From: a virus
Lineage: Duplodnaviria; Heunggongvirae; Uroviricota; Caudoviricetes
Direction: 5' to 3' (one strand)
Length of the DNA stretch: 43,633 nucleotides
IMG/VR virus record: IMGVR_UViG_2563366881_000003
The notes beneath the pieces were generated by a model. That model was not told the origin of the DNA. It saw only the letters and a program-made list of their open reading frames with translations, and ran no database searches. Positions 27,558 to 38,400 of this stretch are shown one piece after another. Within the stretch, counting starts at the first letter, position 1, and each line of letters opens with the position of its first letter. A program made the position numbers and the translations under genes.

Positions 27558-28829
27558 ATGCCTAACAATCTCGATAGTAACGTCAGTCAAATCGTTCTGA
27601 AAAAATTCCTTCCGGGTTTTATGTCAGATTTAGTTCTGGCGAAAACCGTAGACCGTCAGTTGCTGGCAGGTGAAATCAACTCCAGCACTGGCGATAGCGT
27701 TAGCTTTAAACGTCCGCATCAATTCTCATCCCTCCGTACTCCCACTGGTGATATTTCAGGGCAAAATAAAAACAACCTGATATCAGGTAAAGCTACGGGG
27801 CGTGTAGGTAACTACATCACTGTTGCTGTTGAATATCAGCAACTGGAGGAAGCGATCAAGCTTAACCAACTGGAAGAAATTCTCGCGCCTGTTCGCCAGC
27901 GAATCGTTACCGACCTTGAAACAGAGCTTGCTCACTTCATGATGAATAACGGTGCGTTGTCACTTGGTAGCCCAAATACTCCAATCACCAAATGGTCTGA
28001 TGTTGCGCAGACGGCATCTTTCCTGAAAGACCTCGGCGTTAATGAAGGTGAAAACTATGCTGTAATGGATCCATGGTCTGCACAGCGACTTGCTGATGCG
28101 CAGACTGGTTTGCACGCTTCAGATCAATTGGTTCGTACTGCATGGGAGAATGCGCAGATCCCAACCAATTTTGGCGGCATTCGCGCACTGATGTCTAATG
28201 GGCTTGCCTCTCGTACGCAGGGGGCATTTGGCGGAACACTGACAGTCAAAACACAGCCAACTGTTACCTATAACGCAGTTAAAGACTCATACCAGTTCAC
28301 TGTAACATTGACCGGAGCGACAACCAGCGTTACAGGTTTCCTGAAAGCTGGTGATCAGGTTAAATTCACCAATACCTACTGGCTGCAACAGCAGACCAAA
28401 CAGGCGTTGTATAACGGAGCCACACCAATTAGCTTCACTGCAACGGTTACTGCTGATGCTGATTCAGACAGCAGTGGCGATGTGACGGTTACGCTTTCTG
28501 GTGTTCCGATTTATGACACTACAAACCCGCAGTACAACTCTGTAAGTCGTCAGGTAGCGGCAGGCGATGCCGTATCTGTAGTAGGCACTGCTAGCCAGAC
28601 AATGAAGCCAAACCTGTTCTATAACAAGTTCTTCTGTGGACTTGGCTCTATCCCACTGCCGAAACTGCACAGTATTGATTCTGCTGTTGCAACATATGAA
28701 GGTTTCTCCATCCGCGTACATAAATACGCAGATGGCGATGCCAACGTGCAAAAAATGCGCTTCGACTTACTGCCTGCATATGTGTGCTTTAACCCTCACA
28801 TGGGCGGTCAGTTCTTCGGTCAACCTTAG
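27558..28829 (+). CDS. Major capsid (coat) protein
   Basis: 423 aa at the coat position of a P22-like head module. Confidence 0.65.
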   Translation: MPNNLDSNVSQIVLKKFLPGFMSDLVLAKTVDRQLLAGEINSSTGDSVSFKRPHQFSSLRTPTGDISGQNKNNLISGKATGRVGNYITVAVEYQQLEEAIKLNQLEEILAPVRQRIVTDLETELAHFMMNNGALSLGSPNTPITKWSDVAQTASFLKDLGVNEGENYAVMDPWSAQRLADAQTGLHASDQLVRTAWENAQIPTNFGGIRALMSNGLASRTQGAFGGTLTVKTQPTVTYNAVKDSYQFTVTLTGATTSVTGFLKAGDQVKFTNTYWLQQQTKQALYNGATPISFTATVTADADSDSSGDVTVTLSGVPIYDTTNPQYNSVSRQVAAGDAVSVVGTASQTMKPNLFYNKFFCGLGSIPLPKLHSIDSAVATYEGFSIRVHKYADGDANVQKMRFDLLPAYVCFNPHMGGQFFGQP

Positions 28830-28836
28830 TGGAATG

Positions 28837-28858
28837 GCGGGGGTTACCCCGCCTTTTT
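28837..28858. terminator. Bidirectional hairpin terminator between coat gene and the minus-strand HNH gene
   Basis: GGCGGGGG-ttac-CCCCGCC followed by T5. Confidence 0.6.
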
Positions 28859-29350
28859 CTTGATTATTTCGCAGCAAGCATCGAATTTGTTATCGAAATA
28901 TCCCAGATGGATTGCTTTTCCGTTAGCAAATGATTTGGCGCGCCATTTGTACACGTTTTTGACCTTCACATAGTAAAGGCCAGCAATGCCGTATTTGTTA
29001 TTTTTATAAATCGAGGTTCCTTTAACTCGGTTAAGTTGATTTTGGCGACTGCTAACGATTCGCAGATTAGAGATCCTGTTATCAAGTGGGTTTCCGTTGA
29101 TGTGGTCGATTATCCCCTCAGGGTGCTCTCGATAGAAAAGCAGCCAAGCGATTCTGTGCGCCTGGTAATGCACCTTCTTGTACTGAACTTTCAGTCGGGT
29201 GTAATTGTTGCCTGCCTTGTGTTCGAAGGTGGCTACCTTACCTTTTGTCAGGTGCCTGACAGATGCGTTTATCTTGTACTTTATCTCTCCCGTGTCTGGA
29301 GAGTATTCAAACATTTCATCAGCTTGCTCAAAGGTAATCATGTTATTCAC
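28844..29350 (-). CDS. HNH endonuclease with AP2-like domain (paralog 4), antisense within the head operon
   Basis: HRIAWLLFYR...IDHINGNPLDNRISNLR. Confidence 0.8.
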   Translation of the reverse strand: MNNMITFEQADEMFEYSPDTGEIKYKINASVRHLTKGKVATFEHKAGNNYTRLKVQYKKVHYQAHRIAWLLFYREHPEGIIDHINGNPLDNRISNLRIVSSRQNQLNRVKGTSIYKNNKYGIAGLYYVKVKNVYKWRAKSFANGKAIHLGYFDNKFDACCEIIKKKAG

Positions 29351-29395
29351 CGAATGACAAAGGAACCTCCCTCATTATATATCAATGGTGATTTT

Positions 29396-29587
29396 ATGTC
29401 AGATAACAGAATGAGTATTTTCCTTGCCGCAGATAACGAATCCGGGCATGTACAGGCCGTTATCACAGAAAAAGACTTCCAGTTTTTCGAAAAGTTGGGC
29501 TTTGTTGCCTCAGTTGATGAATTGAAACCGACCAGTAAGCGAGGTCGTAAGGCGGCAGACAATGGCAACAGTACTGACAAAGGGTGA
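29396..29587 (+). CDS. Small hypothetical protein, 63 aa
   Basis: Internal Met of ORF 29036..29587 downstream of the HNH gene start. Confidence 0.35.
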   Translation: MSDNRMSIFLAADNESGHVQAVITEKDFQFFEKLGFVASVDELKPTSKRGRKAADNGNSTDKG

Positions 29588-30044
29588 GATCGTCCTTTTT
29601 GCGCTTCGTAAGTTTGCTATTGCTTCTAACGCATCGCTGACTGATGTTGAGCCGCAATCAATTGAAGATGGTGTAAATGATCTGGAAGATATGATGTCCG
29701 AGTGGATGATTAACCCCGGCGACATTGGTTACGCTTTCGCAACTGGAGATGATCAGCCATTACCAGATGATGAGTCAGGTCTTCCAAGAAAATACAAACA
29801 CGCAGTAGGCTATCAGTTATTGCTGAGAATGCTATCTGATTACAGCCTTGAACCAACTCAGCAAGTTCTCAGTAACGCCCAACGCTCATATGATGCCTTG
29901 ATGACCGACACTCTGGTTGTTCCTTCAATACGACGACGTGGAGATTTTCCTGTAGGACAGGGTAATAAATATGACGTGTTCACATCTGACCGATATTATC
30001 CAGGCGATCTCCCTCTGATTGATGGCGATATCCCAAACGCATAG
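29562..30044 (+). CDS. Head completion / tail accessory protein, P22 gp4-like
   Basis: TKGEIVLFALRKFAIASNASLTDVEPQSIEDGVNDLEDMMSEW matches recalled P22 gp4 N-terminus. Confidence 0.8.
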   Translation: MATVLTKGEIVLFALRKFAIASNASLTDVEPQSIEDGVNDLEDMMSEWMINPGDIGYAFATGDDQPLPDDESGLPRKYKHAVGYQLLLRMLSDYSLEPTQQVLSNAQRSYDALMTDTLVVPSIRRRGDFPVGQGNKYDVFTSDRYYPGDLPLIDGDIPNA

Positions 30045-30052
30045 GTGAATAA

Positions 30053-31471
30053 ATGCCTATTCAGCAACTTCCGCTTATGAAAGGTGTCGGCAAAGACTTT
30101 CGAAACGCCGACTATATCGACTATCTGCCAGTGAATATGCTGGCTACACCCAAAGAAATACTCAACAGCAGCGGATATCTTCGCTCATTCCCGGGCATTG
30201 CCAAACGTTCTGATGTGAATGGTGTATCGCGCGGTGTCGAGTACAACATGGCGCAGAATGCTGTTTATCGCGTTTGCGGTGGCAAGTTGTATAAGGGCGA
30301 AAGCGAGGTCGGTGATGTTGCCGGAAGTGGTCGCGTATCAATGGCGCATGGTCGAACATCTCAGGCGGTAGGCGTTAATGGTCAACTGGTCGAATACCGC
30401 TATGATGGCACGGTTAAAACCGTCTCAAACTGGCCTACAGACAGCGGATTCACGCAGTATGAGTTAGGTTCGGTTCGCGACATTACGCGCTTGCGTGGGC
30501 GTTATGCGTGGTCAAAAGACGGCACTGATTCATGGTTTATCACTGATCTTGAAGACGAATCGCATCCTGACCGTTACAGTGCACAATATCGCGCAGAATC
30601 GCAGCCGGACGGCATCATCGGCATCGGAACATGGCGAGATTTCATCGTCTGCTTTGGTTCATCGACGATTGAATACTTTTCCCTGACTGGGGCAACCACC
30701 GTTGGTGCCGCGTTGTATGTCGCACAGCCATCGCTGATGGTGCAGAAAGGCATTGCCGGAACCTACTGTAAAACGCCGTTTGCTGATTCTTATGCGTTTA
30801 TCAGCAATCCGGCAACAGGTGCTCCGTCTGTATACATCATCGGCTCCGGTCAGGTGTCACCAATCGCCAGCGCGAGCATTGAGAAAATCCTCCGCTCCTA
30901 CACTGCTGATGAACTGGCTGATGGTGTGATGGAATCGCTGCGATTTGATGCTCATGAGTTGCTGATTATCCACCTTCCGCGCCATGTTCTCGTGTACGAC
31001 GCATCTTCAAGCGCCAATGGTCCGCAATGGTGTGTGCTGAAAACAGGACTGTATGATGATGTGTACCGCGCTATCGACTTCATTTACGAAGGCAATCAGA
31101 TAACGTGCGGAGATAAGCTGGAATCGGTTATCGGCAAATTGCAGTTCGATATCAGCAGCCAGTACGACAAACAACAGGAACACCTACTGTTTACTCCGTT
31201 GTTCAAAGCGGATAACGCCAGATGCTTCGATCTGGAGGTGGAATCATCCACTGGCGTAGCTCAATACGCCGACCGCCTGTTCCTCTCTGCAACCACTGAC
31301 GGCATAAATTACGGTCGTGAACAGATGATTGAGCAGAATGAACCGTTCGTTTACGACAAACGCGTTTTGTGGAAGCGAGTTGGGCGCATCAGGAAAAATG
31401 TCGGCTTCAAATTGCGCGTTATCACGAAGTCACCTGTAACTCTGTCTGGCTGCCAGATAAGGATTGAGTAA
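30053..31471 (+). CDS. Head-to-tail / DNA stabilisation protein, P22 gp10-like
   Basis: 472 aa at the conserved position after gp4. Confidence 0.7.
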   Translation: MPIQQLPLMKGVGKDFRNADYIDYLPVNMLATPKEILNSSGYLRSFPGIAKRSDVNGVSRGVEYNMAQNAVYRVCGGKLYKGESEVGDVAGSGRVSMAHGRTSQAVGVNGQLVEYRYDGTVKTVSNWPTDSGFTQYELGSVRDITRLRGRYAWSKDGTDSWFITDLEDESHPDRYSAQYRAESQPDGIIGIGTWRDFIVCFGSSTIEYFSLTGATTVGAALYVAQPSLMVQKGIAGTYCKTPFADSYAFISNPATGAPSVYIIGSGQVSPIASASIEKILRSYTADELADGVMESLRFDAHELLIIHLPRHVLVYDASSSANGPQWCVLKTGLYDDVYRAIDFIYEGNQITCGDKLESVIGKLQFDISSQYDKQQEHLLFTPLFKADNARCFDLEVESSTGVAQYADRLFLSATTDGINYGREQMIEQNEPFVYDKRVLWKRVGRIRKNVGFKLRVITKSPVTLSGCQIRIE

Positions 31472-32424
31472 TGGCTGATTCGAATCTCAATGAGCCAGTA
31501 ATCATCCAGGCTACGCGGCTCGATACATCAGTCCTTCCACGCAATATCTTCTCTCAGTCGTATCTGCTTTACGTTATTGCACAGGGTACTGATGTTGGTA
31601 ATGTGGCTAACAAGGCCAACGAAGCAGGGAAGGGGGCTTATGATGCACAGGTGAAGAATGATGAGCAGGATGTCACCCTTGCAGACCATGAATCCAGAAT
31701 TGAAACTGCTGAAGCAACTCTCATCAATCATGAACATAGAATCTCAGCAGCGGAAAGCACTCTTGCAGATCATGAAACAAGGATTACGGCTGCCGAAACA
31801 GAGCTGGCTGATCACGAGACGCGAATTGCTGCCAATGAATCTGAGTTAGCAAACCATGATGCGCGAATAACTCAGAATACAACCGATATCGACGCACTTG
31901 ATACCAGGCTCACAGCGGCAGAGGGAAGTATTTCGACGCTACAAAGCACAGTTGGTGACCACTCAACAAGAATATCTGCGCTTGAGTATGCCACCACGCG
32001 CAAGAAATCAGAGGTTGTTTACTCAGGGGTATCGGTAACAATTCCGACAGCGCCTACCAACCTTGTTAGTCTGCTGAAAACGCTCACGCCGTCATCCGGC
32101 ACGTTGGCACCATTCTTCGACACCGTTAACAACAAGATGGTTGTGTTCAACGAGAACAAAACCTTGTTCTTCAAGCTGTCGATCGTCGGGACGTGGCCCA
32201 GCGGAACCGCCAACAGGTCAATGCAGCTAACCTTTTCCGGCTCTGTTCCTGACACACTGGTTAGCAGTCGTAATGCGGCGACAACAACCGACAACATCCT
32301 GTTAGCTACGTTCTTCAGCGTGGATAAAGACGGCTTTCTTGCCACAAATGGCAGTACGTTAACCATTCAGTCAAATGGTGCGGCGTTTACTGCCACAACC
32401 ATCAAAATCATTGCGGAGCAGTGA
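31471..32424 (+). CDS. Tail needle, P22 gp26-like, with extended C-terminal domain
   Basis: N-terminus [43 protein letters not shown] matches recalled gp26; ADHETRI heptad repeats. Confidence 0.85.
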   Translation: MADSNLNEPVIIQATRLDTSVLPRNIFSQSYLLYVIAQGTDVGNVANKANEAGKGAYDAQVKNDEQDVTLADHESRIETAEATLINHEHRISAAESTLADHETRITAAETELADHETRIAANESELANHDARITQNTTDIDALDTRLTAAEGSISTLQSTVGDHSTRISALEYATTRKKSEVVYSGVSVTIPTAPTNLVSLLKTLTPSSGTLAPFFDTVNNKMVVFNENKTLFFKLSIVGTWPSGTANRSMQLTFSGSVPDTLVSSRNAATTTDNILLATFFSVDKDGFLATNGSTLTIQSNGAAFTATTIKIIAEQ

Positions 32425-32903
32425 TGGAAATAAAGCTCATCGATAATCCGGTGAAGCTTGCAGAATTCCTCAACAACCAGGCAAACACGGGAAATATCGT
32501 AGACAGTGGAGATAAATACTACATCAAGCCTGATGCGGTATACCTCGGCATCTACGAAGGATTAGTGCTGGCTGGCGTTCATGAAGTGCGTAACTTCTGG
32601 CATAGCGTTGTTGAATGCCATGCGGTGTACGACCCCGGATTCCGTGGTGAATATGCACTGCAAGGGCATCGATTATTCTGCAAATGGCTTCTCGAAAACT
32701 CACCATTCCTTAACAGCATCACTATGGTTCCTGACACAACGAAATACGGACGGGCAATTATCCGTTTGCTTGGCGCTACCCGTGTTGGTCACCTTGATGA
32801 TGCTTATACCAGCAATGGAAAGCCTGTAGGCATCACGATTTATCAGTTACCGCGCTCAAAATACGAGGAGCTAAAGAATGTTAATTTTCCAGATTGCCAA
32901 TAA
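32421..32903 (+). CDS. P22 gp14-like protein
   Basis: Position between needle and ejection proteins. Confidence 0.5.
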   Translation: MMEIKLIDNPVKLAEFLNNQANTGNIVDSGDKYYIKPDAVYLGIYEGLVLAGVHEVRNFWHSVVECHAVYDPGFRGEYALQGHRLFCKWLLENSPFLNSITMVPDTTKYGRAIIRLLGATRVGHLDDAYTSNGKPVGITIYQLPRSKYEELKNVNFPDCQ

Positions 32904-33534
32904 GCACATCAGCAAAGCTGTTTACTGCAAAGGCGGCAGTGATGGCGGTTCAAAAGCCCAGGCACGCGCAACTGAAAAGGGTATCGAATTGCAGCGTGAA
33001 ATGTGGCAAACGAACATGCAAAACCTTGCACCGTTCACGCCACTCGCTCAACAGTACGTATCAGAGTTGCAGAATCTTTCCTCTCTTCAGGGGCAAGGTC
33101 AGGCGCTTAACCAGTATTACAACTCCCAGCAGTACAAAGACCTTGCTGGTCAGGCGCGTTACCAGAGTCTGGCAGCAGCAGAGGCAACGGGTGGATTAGG
33201 CTCTACAGCAACAGGAAACCAGTTAGCATCAATCGCACCTACACTCGGCCAAAACTGGCTGTCAGGTCAGATGAACAACTACAACAATCTGGCAAATATC
33301 GGCCTTGGTGCACTTACAGGTCAGGCAAATGCCGGACAGACCTATGCAAACAATGCCAGTCAGTTGTATCAACAGCAGGCAGCAGCAGTCGCAGCAAATG
33401 CCAACCGACCATCTACAGGTCAGAAATTGATTGGTGGAATAGGTTCTGGTGCTGCTATTGGTGGCAGTGTTGGTGGTCCATGGGGAGCAGCAATTGGTGC
33501 AGGTGTAGGTGCTCTCGGCTCTCTTCTTTACTGA
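32878..33534 (+). CDS. Ejection (DNA transfer) protein, P22 gp7-like
   Basis: Gln/Gly-rich 218-aa protein at the gp7 position. Confidence 0.6.
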   Translation: MLIFQIANKHISKAVYCKGGSDGGSKAQARATEKGIELQREMWQTNMQNLAPFTPLAQQYVSELQNLSSLQGQGQALNQYYNSQQYKDLAGQARYQSLAAAEATGGLGSTATGNQLASIAPTLGQNWLSGQMNNYNNLANIGLGALTGQANAGQTYANNASQLYQQQAAAVAANANRPSTGQKLIGGIGSGAAIGGSVGGPWGAAIGAGVGALGSLLY

Positions 33535-33546
33535 TGGAGGTGAACA

Positions 33547-34929
33547 GTGGCAACTTGGCAACAGAGCATCAACTCCGGTGGTTTTCTGGCTGGAATTGGT
33601 GCGCAAAATGAGAATGCGCCAAAGGCGAGTGATGTAAATGAGACACTGGCTTACATTCGTCAGAATAATGAGGATGCCAGGCTTGGTCGCAACAATATCG
33701 GTCTGCAGGCTCTGCAGGGAATAACAAGCACAATGCAAGGATTGCAGCAATATGATCAGCAGAAGCAAGAGGCAGCATTCAGAAAGGATTATGCTTCTGC
33801 TATTCAATCAGGTGATCGACAGCAGGTTCGAGATCTGATGACCAAATATCCTCGTCAATTAGAGAAGATTCAGTCTGGTATGAAGTGGGCAGACGAAGAC
33901 CAGCGCAATTCTATCGGCACCTTAGCGGCTGGCGCACGCCTTGCGTCATCGTCTCCAGAAGCAATGCAATCATGGCTGCAAAACAACGCCAAGGAACTGA
34001 CTCGCGTCGGTGTTGACCCTAATAACGTTGCTCAGATGTATCAGCAGAACCCTTCAGGATTTGGTGAGTTTGTTGATCACCTTGGGATGGCTGCTCTTGG
34101 TCCGATTGATTACTTCAATGTTCAGGACAAGATGGTTGGTCGTGAAATTGACCGAGGCGGGCTGGCAGAGACAATCCGCAGCAATCAGGCTGGCGAGGCA
34201 CTTCAGGCGAGAGGGCAAAACCTTTCCTATCAGTCAGCAATGACTGGACACGGACTTGCAGCAGAAAGACTGGCACTTGATAAGCAGAAATTCGGTTTTG
34301 AAGTACAACAGGCACAAAAGAAGGCCGATGAACTTATTAATGCTGCGCCAAAACTATCCGTGAACATGGAAAAGGCTATAGAAAAATCAGCAGGTGATGC
34401 GGCAGCTAGTCGTAATGCTGCCGATTCAATGACAACGCTTGCTGACACGCTTGAGAAGGAGAAGCCAACTCCTGGTTTGTTCGGTAACGCTGAAAATATG
34501 TTCACTAAGCTTACGGGGCAAGATAACTACCTCCGAGATATGCGGATTAGATTCAACCAACTAGCCAATGCGCAGGCAACAAAGCTTCTCCCTCCCGGCC
34601 CTGCATCAGATAAGGATATTGAGTTTGCAAGGAAAGGCATTCCAAGCGAAACGGATAATCCAATGGTCATGGCTCGATGGTTAAGGGGTATGGCAAAAAT
34701 GGAAAGTAATAACGCGAAGTTCAACGAGTTTAGGTCAGAGTGGATGAGTGCAAATGGCAGCCCAGGACAATCTGATCGCAACCGAAACATCATGGGGATG
34801 GATGTTAAGAAGGGTGAATCATTGAACTCTGCGGCAAAACGTTTTCTTTCCTCAAGTTATGGCGATAGCCAACCTCAACAGCAATTGTCCGATGACGAAT
34901 TAATTAGCAAATATCTCGGAGGGCAGTAA
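33547..34929 (+). CDS. Ejection protein, P22 gp20-like
   Basis: 460 aa at the gp20 position. Confidence 0.65.
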   Translation: MATWQQSINSGGFLAGIGAQNENAPKASDVNETLAYIRQNNEDARLGRNNIGLQALQGITSTMQGLQQYDQQKQEAAFRKDYASAIQSGDRQQVRDLMTKYPRQLEKIQSGMKWADEDQRNSIGTLAAGARLASSSPEAMQSWLQNNAKELTRVGVDPNNVAQMYQQNPSGFGEFVDHLGMAALGPIDYFNVQDKMVGREIDRGGLAETIRSNQAGEALQARGQNLSYQSAMTGHGLAAERLALDKQKFGFEVQQAQKKADELINAAPKLSVNMEKAIEKSAGDAAASRNAADSMTTLADTLEKEKPTPGLFGNAENMFTKLTGQDNYLRDMRIRFNQLANAQATKLLPPGPASDKDIEFARKGIPSETDNPMVMARWLRGMAKMESNNAKFNEFRSEWMSANGSPGQSDRNRNIMGMDVKKGESLNSAAKRFLSSSYGDSQPQQQLSDDELISKYLGGQ

Positions 34930-37043
34930 TGGCCTATAGTCGTGAACAGTTGATGACGGCGTTAAGGAATGCTGATGCTGCCGGCGATACTGAGGGAGCA
35001 CGTCGCATTGCTCAGATGCTGTCTTCTGGTGATCAATCCACTCAAAACCAATCGCAGCCAGAAGAACAATCTCTGGTGGGAAAAGCTACTGACTGGCTCA
35101 CTGGTGGTCAAAGTGCAGGGCAAATTGCAGAACAGGCTGGTCGTGGTCTGGTAAACATACCATTTGACGTATTGCAGGGTGGCGCAAGTCTGATTAATGC
35201 AATCAGTCAGGGGCTTGGTGGCCCCAAGGTTTTGGATGATGTTTATCGCCCTGTCGATCGACCGACAGACCCTTACGCGCAAGCCGGTGAAACAATTGGT
35301 GGGTATCTCCTGCCAATTGGCACAGCGGCAAAAGCTGCTGGAGCGCCAGCAAAGCTCGCTGAAGATATCGGTTCCGCAGGAAACATGATTGCAGGTTCTC
35401 TTGCTGATTCTGCAAATCAGGAGGGCGACTTTGCACAAAATGCTGCCATTAACGGTGGTATCAATATTGGTGCTCAAGGCGTTCTTTCAGGTGTCGGGCG
35501 CGTTATTGCGCCAAGGGTTTCACAGGCTCTTGGTGGTGCAGCACTGAATTCTGCTAATGATGTTTCCAGGATGGCAAAGTCAGGTTCTGGGCGTCAGTCA
35601 ATTGCCAGTCAGGCCGCTAATGTGTCAGAAGATGTAGCAAAAGCGGCTGAGTCTGCTGGAATTGATATAAACGCATTAACACCAGGAATGCGATCTGGAA
35701 GTCGTGGAATTGCACAAGCCGAAGGCGCATTGGCATCAACACCAGGAATTGTTCAGGACGCCCATCAGGCAGCATTTAACGAAATATCATCAAAGTTAAG
35801 TCGAAACCTTGATGAATTTGGGGCCGCATCTGGAACGGCATCAGAAAAAAGTGCGGCTATAAAACAAAGGATTCTTCAAAATCTTGATCAGATGAAGGAT
35901 GCCGAGCGCGCGGCATGGGATGACGTGCGGTCAACAATGCCAAATCAAAAAGCAAGAATGCTAAATGGTAATGCCGTTATTCAGGCAGAGCGATCTGCTG
36001 GCATACCGCTTACTCCTGAAATGAAACAGTTTGTTCAGGCAAACAATCAAGGTGGAGTAACATTTGATGGCATGAAAGCATGGAGAGCGAAATTTGCTGA
36101 TGCGGAGCAAAAATATAAGCGTAGCGGAGAGGCAAATGCGGCAAGGAGAGCAGGGGAAATACGCCGGGCAATTACTGATGATATGCGCACAATGGCGGAA
36201 AACGGCGGATTTCTTGATGACTGGCAAAAAGCTAATGATCTGTCTAAAGCGAGGTTATCAGCACAAGAGAATGCAGAGTCTGTTTTCGGGCGTGATTTGG
36301 CAACAGATGCACTGATTACGAATGGAGTAAAATCCCTTCAATCATCGTCAGCTAAAGGTCTTAATGGTCCTGCTGGATTCCATTCTATGATCCGCGCGCT
36401 GCCAGAATCAGAGCGTGTTCCTGCTATATCATCAATGTTGCAGGATGCTATCTCGCATGGTGTACGTGGTGGCAAATCTGATGCAGCAGGAATTAACCAT
36501 ATCGCAGAGATACTCACGCCACAAAATGTAAAAGCCATTAGCCGATATTCCTCAGAGCTTGGAAGAATTGCTGATGCATATGGCACTCTTGCAAGAGCAG
36601 CAGTGAAACCTCAGCAGCATATTGAAAGAACAGGGCGAACTGCCAATGTACTACGTGATCTGGATGCTGGTTTATCCAACGTTACATCAACAGTGTTAAA
36701 TGCAATTGCCAATTCAACATCAGGTGCCATTGTTGGTGGAGCAGGAGGAGGGGGCGTTGCTGGCGCTGCCGCTGGCGCTTTAGTTGGCGCAGGGTTAAAA
36801 GGCGCTGTATCTAAAATTGCCACCACACGTAGTGGTCGGTATGCGATAGAGAAAGCAGTTCAGGAAGCCACTAAAGCAGTAAGAACCGGCGGAAGCAAAG
36901 AAGCATTAGCTGCGGCGGAACGCAGATTTATGGCAAATAAGGCCGCTGTAAAAGCGATACGTGATACAGTCGGAAACGAAGAGTTTCAGCGATTAGCGAG
37001 AGCTGGGATTGTGGCATCGCTAAGCGGAATGGCACAGGAGTAA
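34929..37043 (+). CDS. Ejection protein, P22 gp16-like
   Basis: 704 aa at the gp16 position, Gly/Ala-rich C-terminal region. Confidence 0.65.
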   Translation: MAYSREQLMTALRNADAAGDTEGARRIAQMLSSGDQSTQNQSQPEEQSLVGKATDWLTGGQSAGQIAEQAGRGLVNIPFDVLQGGASLINAISQGLGGPKVLDDVYRPVDRPTDPYAQAGETIGGYLLPIGTAAKAAGAPAKLAEDIGSAGNMIAGSLADSANQEGDFAQNAAINGGINIGAQGVLSGVGRVIAPRVSQALGGAALNSANDVSRMAKSGSGRQSIASQAANVSEDVAKAAESAGIDINALTPGMRSGSRGIAQAEGALASTPGIVQDAHQAAFNEISSKLSRNLDEFGAASGTASEKSAAIKQRILQNLDQMKDAERAAWDDVRSTMPNQKARMLNGNAVIQAERSAGIPLTPEMKQFVQANNQGGVTFDGMKAWRAKFADAEQKYKRSGEANAARRAGEIRRAITDDMRTMAENGGFLDDWQKANDLSKARLSAQENAESVFGRDLATDALITNGVKSLQSSSAKGLNGPAGFHSMIRALPESERVPAISSMLQDAISHGVRGGKSDAAGINHIAEILTPQNVKAISRYSSELGRIADAYGTLARAAVKPQQHIERTGRTANVLRDLDAGLSNVTSTVLNAIANSTSGAIVGGAGGGGVAGAAAGALVGAGLKGAVSKIATTRSGRYAIEKAVQEATKAVRTGGSKEALAAAERRFMANKAAVKAIRDTVGNEEFQRLARAGIVASLSGMAQE

Positions 37044-37138
37044 TTAGTCGTCCACGGATGGATTGATCTTATCTCGTGCTTCACATTTGGTTGTTTTGTC
37101 ATTAGGATGTTTCCGGTTTTTTAAATATGGAAATTGAT

Positions 37139-37429
37139 ATGAAGAGGCTCATTGCGGTTGCTTGTTTTAATGTCTTTCTTTTATCTGGTTGTGCAACATC
37201 TTCTAAAACATACGCCCCTGATGGTAGAGAAGCATACACTATTGATTGCTCAGGTCTGGGGGGATCATGGGGGATGTGCCTAACTAAGGCTGGCGATTTG
37301 TGTGGAAGCAAAGGATATGATGTACTGACATCAGCTGGAGATAAAGGATTTATAGCATCAGCAAACCCCGAAATGGCGTTTGCAGGCAATACCATCTCAA
37401 GGAATTTACTCATCGCTTGTAAAAAGTGA
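37139..37429 (+). CDS. Moron lipoprotein, 96 aa
   Basis: Signal peptide with lipobox LLSGC; Cys-rich mature region. Confidence 0.55.
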   Translation: MKRLIAVACFNVFLLSGCATSSKTYAPDGREAYTIDCSGLGGSWGMCLTKAGDLCGSKGYDVLTSAGDKGFIASANPEMAFAGNTISRNLLIACKK

Positions 37430-37446
37430 ACTAGCGCCATGGATGG

Positions 37447-37824
37447 CTATCTTATTGATTTACCATAATTATACATCTCAACATGAGCGCTGGCATACGC
37501 TCTCGCTGAATGATCATCAATTAAAGCTTTCTTTGCAGCTTTATAGTTATATTCCCATAATAAATTTGTATCATATGACTGATTTTCAATTCCTTTTTCA
37601 CAAGTAAATATCAATCCGTTTATTGTTGATATTTCAACCGGGCTAATTTTCCCATCGGTTCCACTGCGCAATCCTGAGAGGATAAGGTCTCTATCACCTG
37701 TAAGTAACTTGCGATAATAAACATCTGCTGCCTTTGCAGAGCATTCTGCACTAGATGCAAAAGATGCATTAGATATTATCAAAAGCATACCAATAAGAAT
37801 TAACTTTAGGGCGCTAACCTTCAT
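37447..37824 (-). CDS. Secreted (signal-peptide) protein, mnt-linked, about 125 aa
   Basis: N-terminal signal peptide MKVSALKLILIGMLLIISNASFASS; start overlaps mnt stop. Confidence 0.5.
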   Translation of the reverse strand: MKVSALKLILIGMLLIISNASFASSAECSAKAADVYYRKLLTGDRDLILSGLRSGTDGKISPVEISTINGLIFTCEKGIENQSYDTNLLWEYNYKAAKKALIDDHSARAYASAHVEMYNYGKSIR

Positions 37825-38071
37825 TGTTCTTGCCATAAATTCTTTTCAGTGTATCGAATACCATTTTTTTTACAATTTCAGACTGCTCATCAGCAATTTT
37901 CTCAGCTTCGTTGCGATAACCAACTACAGGAGATGGTTTTGATAGAGCGTCTTGGACGATTTGCAACAGCTCGGAGTTCATAGATCTCCCATTCGCCTCT
38001 GCTCTGAATTTCAATTTTTCTCTCACTTCCAAAGGCATGCGGAAGTTAAAGTGCGGATCATCTCTAGCCAT
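37814..38071 (-). CDS. mnt: Mnt repressor (P22 immI)
   Basis: MARDDPHFNFRMPLEVREKLKFRAEANGRSMNSELLQIVQDALSKPSP... matches recalled P22 Mnt. Confidence 0.9.
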   Translation of the reverse strand: MARDDPHFNFRMPLEVREKLKFRAEANGRSMNSELLQIVQDALSKPSPVVGYRNEAEKIADEQSEIVKKMVFDTLKRIYGKNNEG

Positions 38072-38093
38072 GCCGTTACTCCAAGTCAGTGTA

Positions 38094-38145
38094 TTGACAT
38101 GATAGAAGCAGTCTACTATATTCTCAATAGGTCCACCGTGGACCT
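38094..38145. promoter_or_regulatory. Pant/Pmnt control region: Pant TTGACA-17-TATATT, Oarc at 38099-38119, Omnt palindrome AGGTCCACCGTGGACCT at 38129-38145
   Basis: Oarc and Omnt match recalled P22 operators (one central change in each). Confidence 0.8.
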
Positions 38146-38161
38146 ATATTGTGAGGTGAAT

Positions 38162-38323
38162 ATGAAAGGAATGAGCAAGATGCCGCAGTTCAATTTGCGG
38201 TGGCCTAAAGAGGTATTGGATTTGGTACGCAAGGTGGCGGAAGAGAATGGTCGGTCTGTTAACTCTGAGATTTATCAGAGAGTAATGGAAAGCTTTAAGA
38301 AGGAAGGGCGCATTGGCGCGTAA
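38162..38323 (+). CDS. arc: Arc repressor (P22 immI)
   Basis: [53 protein letters not shown], 53 aa, matches recalled P22 Arc. Confidence 0.95.
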   Translation: MKGMSKMPQFNLRWPKEVLDLVRKVAEENGRSVNSEIYQRVMESFKKEGRIGA

Positions 38324-38324
38324 A

Positions 38325-38400
38325 GTTGAAGCCCCAACTGCGGGAACAGTCAGGGCTTCTGTTGTCAGTAAATCCGTGGAGAAAAACCAACATGAATAGT
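38325..38400 (-). ncRNA. sar-like antisense RNA covering the ant ribosome-binding region (candidate)
   Basis: Arc-ant intercistronic hairpin GAAGCCC...GGGCTTC at 38330-38361; P22 has sar here. Confidence 0.35.

Noticed and set aside
33262-33807. 181-aa Cys-rich minus-strand ORF across the gp7/gp20 junction
   Set aside because: Antisense to conserved ejection-protein genes; the Cys/Leu-rich translation reflects the reverse complement of Gln/Ala-rich coding sequence.
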